DNA of 64,000 nt, taken from the NCBI GenBank assembly GCA_963704645.1, contig OY969926.1, positions 960,001-1,024,000 of the forward strand. Reading direction: 5' to 3'. Below are positions 59,082 through 64,000 of the stretch, one piece after another. Each line of letters opens with the position of its first letter. Positions within the stretch are counted from its first letter, which is position 1. Both the position numbers and the translations under genes were made by a program. The notes beneath the pieces are model-generated. The model was not told the origin of the DNA, did no database searches, and was given only the letters and a program-made list of their open reading frames with translations. Origin of the DNA: an uncultured bacterium (GTDB lineage: Bacteria > Patescibacteriota > JACMRA01).

Positions 59082-60017
59082 TTACAAATTAAAGGACCAA
59101 TCTATTAAATCGGCTAGCATTTCTTTTTGCTTTTCTGGGAATATTAAAGATTCCAAATCTTGCGAAATTTTGTTTTTGATTTTTTCTCTAATACCTTGCA
59201 CTATTTCGTTGCAGGCCACACTTTCTTTCACAATTTTATTTTGCTCTTCTTGGCTTAGTTGCCACCATTCAAACTCTTCTTTGTCACTTAAACGGCTTAA
59301 GTAAATAAAAACTTTAAAATCTAAATCCACACTGCTTTGATGAAGAATAGAAATTCCGTGAATAACATCTTCTAGCAAAGTCCACTTTACGCCCTTTGGG
59401 TTAATTGGGTTCTCTTCTTTATTAAAGGAATAAACAAAACCAAGTAAACAAGGTAAGCCAATAGACACAAAGCTTTCTCTCCAGCCCATTGTTTCTAAAT
59501 AAGCAGAAGTTGCTTTATCTTCTTGATACAAAAACTTTTTAGAAGTGTGAATTGATGCCTGAACCTGGTTCCAAACGCTTGTTTGTAAATATTTATGCAA
59601 TTCAGGGTTACTTAATAAAATATCTGTTAGAAGTTGCTTTTGCTTAGTTTGAATTAAGGCAATCTGCTGGGGCAAAATGTTACTTCTAATATCTTCCCTT
59701 AAAATATCGTAAAGCCCTGGTATGCCACGCAAACGCACAGGAACTTTCTTCTTAAAATAATTTTTGTTTTCTTCCAACAATGCTTCTTGATGATGAATTA
59801 AATTAATTGTGAAAGCAGTCCACTGACAGTAAAAGGCCAAATTAGTTTCAGCTCCACAATACTTAGCTAATGAAAAACTTAAAATTTCCTTATCTTTATG
59901 AAGTAAATTCCTAATTGGAGTTAGTAAATCGTATAGCTGATTTCCAAAATCTTCCTGCACCAAAACCAAGTTGGTTTCAGATAAAAAATCTGTAAGATAA
60001 TTATTTTGAACAATCAT
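59082..60017 (-). CDS. Hypothetical protein, possibly a degenerate polyprenyl-synthase (isoprenoid synthase fold) homolog
   Basis: NLIH..RLRGIP, YLETMGWRES..LPCLLG, GISILHQSSVDLD in IspA-like order, but no DDxxD motifs. Confidence 0.5.
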   Translation of the reverse strand: MIVQNNYLTDFLSETNLVLVQEDFGNQLYDLLTPIRNLLHKDKEILSFSLAKYCGAETNLAFYCQWTAFTINLIHHQEALLEENKNYFKKKVPVRLRGIPGLYDILREDIRSNILPQQIALIQTKQKQLLTDILLSNPELHKYLQTSVWNQVQASIHTSKKFLYQEDKATSAYLETMGWRESFVSIGLPCLLGFVYSFNKEENPINPKGVKWTLLEDVIHGISILHQSSVDLDFKVFIYLSRLSDKEEFEWWQLSQEEQNKIVKESVACNEIVQGIREKIKNKISQDLESLIFPEKQKEMLADLIDWSFNL

Positions 60018-60085
60018 ATAACCTTAAATAAATAGATGAACCGAATTTGTGGCCTTAGCATGGTTTTGTCAAAGTAACGTTGTTT

Positions 60086-60135
60086 GCAGAGGAACCCATG
60101 TAGTTCCATTAACGTAGAGGCGAGCCTGTCTCGCC
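60086..60135 (+). repeat. Degenerate plus intact GTAG-type REP pair
   Basis: GCAGAGGAAC-CCATGTA-GTTCC and GTAGAGGCGAGCCTGTCTCGCC (one mismatch to 48441). Confidence 0.7.
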
Positions 60136-60236
60136 ACCAAACCGACGAATCAAAAACAACCAATTCCCAAACACAAAATTCCAAAATATTTTCCCAAAAA
60201 AATTAAGAGTGCCTATTAAGACACCCTTTTATTTAT

Positions 60237-60446
60237 TTAATCTTTTAGAATGATCTGACTAATCCGAAACGAAGCTATGGATACAACTAAGCCAACACCG
60301 ATTGGAATGGCATTTTGTTTCTTTTTAACATCATCTTCAGACGATAAGAGTACGGACATCATTGGTATGATACAGGCAATTACCAAGACACTGAAACCCC
60401 CTATAATTAATCCACCAATTTTATACAAAAAGCGTCCAAAAGTCAT
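60237..60446 (-). CDS. Small two-TM membrane protein
   Basis: 69 aa; AAGGA SD; two hydrophobic segments. Confidence 0.55.
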   Translation of the reverse strand: MTFGRFLYKIGGLIIGGFSVLVIACIIPMMSVLLSSEDDVKKKQNAIPIGVGLVVSIASFRISQIILKD

Positions 60447-60585
60447 AGATACTATCCTTTACACTAAAATAAACAGCATTCTAATTCCAACCTAAGCAAA
60501 CCGTTTAGTCAACCTTCTTTCTAATTACAATTAACACCCCTATTTTAAGCTTTCACATCAAATTGGCCTCTCTCCCCTATTCCTC

Positions 60586-60620
60586 TTGACAAACTGCTTC
60601 TAAATAAGGAAATTTAAAGT
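60586..60620 (+). promoter_or_regulatory. Putative promoter of gyrA, leaderless spacing
   Basis: TTGACA at 60586-60591, exactly 29 nt before ATG. Confidence 0.5.
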
Positions 60621-63365
60621 ATGTCCGACGATTCTCTTTTTGGCGATACCAGTTCTAATTTAGAAAATAATGCTTCTAATAAAAATGAAAACAATTTAAA
60701 TAACGATATTGAAAGTTTAATAAAAAAATCTGAGGAAGAATTGGCTAGCGAAAATGTAGCTTCAGATTCAAACAATGTAGTTGATGAGTTAGGTTTTGAC
60801 GAAGTTTCAAGCAGCGAAAATGTTTCTAGTAAGGTAACTTTGGAAGATTCTTTAGTAGAATTTATGGAAGGCAGAGTTCAAACAAAAATTTTAGAAGAAG
60901 AGATGCAATCTTCCTATTTACGCTACGCCATGAGTGTTATTGCTGCCAGAGCTTTGCCAGATGTACGCGATGGATTAAAGCCAGTTCATAGAAGAATTAT
61001 TTATGTAATGGAAAAAATGGGTTTAACACCAGGGGCAAAATACCGAAAATGTGCACAAGTTGTTGGAGAAGTTTTAGGTAAGTACCATCCACACGGCGAC
61101 GTTGCAGTGTATGACTCGCTGGTTAGAATGGCACAGGAATTTTCTTTACGTTACCCTCTTATTGACGGACAAGGAAATTTTGGATCTGTAGACGGAGATT
61201 CAGCAGCTGCCATGAGATACACTGAAAGTAAGATGGATAAAATTACACCATACTTGGTTCAAGATTTGGAAAAAGACACTGTAGATTTTGTAGACAACTA
61301 CGACGGAACCCAGCGTGAACCTAGAGTTTTACCAACCAAAGTTCCAACTTTATTAATTAATGGAAGTTCAGGAATTGCTGTTGGAATGGCAACTAATATT
61401 CCACCACATAATTTAAACGATGTTTGTCAGGCGTTAATGCATTTGTTGCACAACCCAGAAGCAAATGTAGACGAATTGGCCGAATTAGTAAAAGGACCAG
61501 ATTTACCTACTGGAGCTACAATTTATGGAAAAGAAGAAATTTTGCAAGCCTACAGAACAGGAAGGGGGAAATGCACAATGAGAGCAAAATATGAATTGGG
61601 AGAAAGCCACATTTTAATTACCGAAATTCCATATCAAGTTAACAAAGCCGATTTAGTAGCTAAAATTGGTGAATTGGTAAAAGACAAGAAAATTGAAGGA
61701 ATTAGAGACATTCGTGATGAAAGTAACAAAGATGGTATTAGAGTAATGATTGAAACCAAAAGGGATGCCAGCCCTGAAGTTATTTTAAATCAACTTTTCC
61801 AACAAACCGATTTGCAATTAAACTTGCATTTTAACATGTTAGCCCTTGTTGACCAGGGAAGACAGCCAAAGCTTTTGAATTTAAAAGAAATTTTACAAGA
61901 ATTTATTAAGCACAGACAGCAAGTTATTATTAGAAGAACTAAGTTCGACTTAAAGAAAGCTGAAGATGAATTACATATTTTAGACGGTTTAAAAATTGCT
62001 CTAGATTTCATAGACGAAGTTATTAGTTTAATCAGGGGCTCAGCAGACAAAAATGAAGCAGCACAAAAACTTCAGACAAGGTTTAATCTTTCAGACAGAC
62101 AAGTTGAGGCTATTTTACAAATGCGTTTACAAACATTAACCAGTTTAGACAGGAATAAAATTGAAAGCGAAAGACAAATTAAAATTGCTTTAATTGCAGA
62201 GTTAAAATTAATTTTAGAAAGTGATGAAAGACTAAAAACCATTTTAGACGAAGAATTACATGAAGTAAGCGCTAAATTTACTTCCCCAAGAAGAACAGTT
62301 TTAATTAGCCATTCAGTAGATAATTACAGTAAAGAAGATTTTGTGGAACCTGAAGACGTATTAGTTCAACTTACTGCTTCTCAGTACATGAAGGTTTTGC
62401 CGTTAGACACTTTCAGGCAGCAAGGCAGAGGCGGAAGAGGAATTACCAGTTTCAATCCTAAAGACGAAGATTGGGTTAAGAGCAGTTTAATCTGTAACAA
62501 TCACGATTACTTGTATTCATTTACAAATTTAGGTCGTGTGTTTAAAAACCGTGTATTCGACCTACCTAGTGGCAGTAGAACTGGAAGAGGCCAAAGTCTG
62601 GTAAATTATTTAGAATTAAAAGATGGTGAACAAGTAACCAATATTTTAAGTATTACAAAAGACCAAGACATTAGTAAGGAAGGATCTTTGATATTTGCAA
62701 CCAGAAAAGGCTCTGTAAAAAGAACAAACCTGGAAGAATTCGCCAACCTAAGAAAGACAGGAATTATTGCTATAACTTTAAAGGAAGGCGATGAGCTAGT
62801 AAATGTACAACAAAGTTTTAACGAAAACGACAGCATTGTTTTATCCTCCGATAATGGTAAAACTGTAATATTTTCTAGAACTCAACTATCTGCTCTGGGA
62901 AGAACTGCCCAAGGTGTTAGGGGAATGAAGCTTAAAGCCAAAGAGCAAGTAATTAGTTTGCAAGTATCTAACTTTGATTTTCCAGAAGCTGGTGAAGGCG
63001 CAGAAGAAGAAAAAGAAGGCTTAGGCTTAGAAACAGAAGAAGTTGTAGCAAAGGAAAAAGTATTCCCATCTTTGCTAGTTATTACAGAGAAAGGTTTTGG
63101 AAAGCAAACATATTTAGCTGAATACAGAAGAACCAATAGAGCAACTAGCGGAGTTAAAACACTTAATGTAAGTAAGAAAAACGGCAAACCAGTTTTAGTT
63201 ACAATTCTTACTGGAGACGAAGACAGCGTACTTCTTACAACCAAAAAAGGAATTACAATAAGGGTAGCTACCGATGATATTAACCAACTTGGAAGAAACA
63301 CCCAAGGAATTAAAGTTATTAAATTAGAATCTGGAGACGAAGTAAAAACAGGTGGAATTTCTTAA
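60621..63365 (+). CDS. gyrA: DNA gyrase subunit A with ~80-aa acidic N-terminal extension
   Basis: [29 protein letters not shown], GyrA-box QGRGGRG, beta-pinwheel repeats. Confidence 0.97.
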   Translation: MSDDSLFGDTSSNLENNASNKNENNLNNDIESLIKKSEEELASENVASDSNNVVDELGFDEVSSSENVSSKVTLEDSLVEFMEGRVQTKILEEEMQSSYLRYAMSVIAARALPDVRDGLKPVHRRIIYVMEKMGLTPGAKYRKCAQVVGEVLGKYHPHGDVAVYDSLVRMAQEFSLRYPLIDGQGNFGSVDGDSAAAMRYTESKMDKITPYLVQDLEKDTVDFVDNYDGTQREPRVLPTKVPTLLINGSSGIAVGMATNIPPHNLNDVCQALMHLLHNPEANVDELAELVKGPDLPTGATIYGKEEILQAYRTGRGKCTMRAKYELGESHILITEIPYQVNKADLVAKIGELVKDKKIEGIRDIRDESNKDGIRVMIETKRDASPEVILNQLFQQTDLQLNLHFNMLALVDQGRQPKLLNLKEILQEFIKHRQQVIIRRTKFDLKKAEDELHILDGLKIALDFIDEVISLIRGSADKNEAAQKLQTRFNLSDRQVEAILQMRLQTLTSLDRNKIESERQIKIALIAELKLILESDERLKTILDEELHEVSAKFTSPRRTVLISHSVDNYSKEDFVEPEDVLVQLTASQYMKVLPLDTFRQQGRGGRGITSFNPKDEDWVKSSLICNNHDYLYSFTNLGRVFKNRVFDLPSGSRTGRGQSLVNYLELKDGEQVTNILSITKDQDISKEGSLIFATRKGSVKRTNLEEFANLRKTGIIAITLKEGDELVNVQQSFNENDSIVLSSDNGKTVIFSRTQLSALGRTAQGVRGMKLKAKEQVISLQVSNFDFPEAGEGAEEEKEGLGLETEEVVAKEKVFPSLLVITEKGFGKQTYLAEYRRTNRATSGVKTLNVSKKNGKPVLVTILTGDEDSVLLTTKKGITIRVATDDINQLGRNTQGIKVIKLESGDEVKTGGIS

Positions 63366-63393
63366 TATATTAATTCTAAAATAAACTGATTAT

Positions 63394-63426
63394 AAAAAAA
63401 GCCCCTTTCCAAAGGGGTTATTGTTG
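63394..63426. terminator. Bidirectional terminator
   Basis: A7-GCCCCTTT-CC-AAAGGGGT-TATTGTT. Confidence 0.65.
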
Positions 63427-63427
63427 T

Positions 63428-63865
63428 TTACAAAGCCGCATGACGAATCTGGAGCCTCTGAAAATACTTTATACTAAAGGAAAAATCATCCTTATGCCTT
63501 ATTACATTTATACCTGGCTCAACAGAATTAACTAAATTTTCCAAGCAGTCATCTAAATATTGTATAAGATTTTCACTCATGCCAATAGAATACTCGAAAT
63601 CGTAATTATTGTGAGCGTAGGTCATGGGTGATATAATACCCGTGAAATAGTCTACAGAGTCTGACAGCTTTAAAGCATTTTTAATCTCAACGTATAAATG
63701 ATCGTGCGGGTTGAGAAATTTGTGATGCAAAAGTAAAGATTTAACTCCATCAGACCATGCTATTTTTGGAATGATCAAAATGTACTGCCAGAAGTATGTA
63801 CATGTCTTCATCTTCAGCACATGAATAGTTGGAACTCTTTCATCAAAATAAATATCCATCATCAT
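63428..63865 (-). CDS. Orphan hypothetical protein
   Basis: 145 aa; AAGGA SD. Confidence 0.55.
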   Translation of the reverse strand: MMMDIYFDERVPTIHVLKMKTCTYFWQYILIIPKIAWSDGVKSLLLHHKFLNPHDHLYVEIKNALKLSDSVDYFTGIISPMTYAHNNYDFEYSIGMSENLIQYLDDCLENLVNSVEPGINVIRHKDDFSFSIKYFQRLQIRHAAL

Positions 63866-64000
63866 AACTAATTCCTTTTTGTTTGAAATTACTACATCTA
63901 TAAAATAGAAAAATATTTTTTGAACTAGTGCAAGTTAAACTTGTTAAAAACAATCTATTTCACCAGCCATTTATGAAAGCCAAGATCTACCAAAATCCAA

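Noticed and set aside
1-64000. tRNA, rRNA, tmRNA or riboswitch genes
   Set aside because: No cloverleaf/T-loop or rRNA-like segment recognised by eye; tRNAscan-SE and Infernal would be needed to exclude them.

Overview
AT-rich bacterial chromosome segment (code 11), with a gene set and style typical of Patescibacteria/CPR (inference). Core genes are scattered and mostly stand alone: glgP, ybaB, pyrG, ftsZ, tandem-domain thyX, engB/yihA, leuS, rpoB, argS and gyrA. They are interleaved with orphan ORFs and four very large proteins, three of them clearly surface-type: an LPRTG-anchored Cys-module protein, a frameshifted ~1,900-aa Gly-rich adhesin with apparently identical 900-bp repeats, a ~4,260-aa tail-fibre-like protein with 888-bp repeats and an intramolecular-chaperone C-terminus, and a 2,049-aa orphan. 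A REP-associated Y1 transposase and about 13 GTAG-hairpin REP-like elements are present, plus other small repeat families. Most notable: (i) a modular fibre/adhesin repertoire with shuffled modules and flanking repeats; (ii) an RpoB with a remodelled rifampicin pocket and no adjacent rpoC; (iii) a stand-alone, intein-less C-terminal part of DnaE; (iv) LeuRS carrying an intact Nudix domain; (v) promoters dominated by the -35 box, several with leaderless spacing. No rRNA, tRNA or CRISPR array was seen. All family calls are by-eye motif recognition, not database searches.
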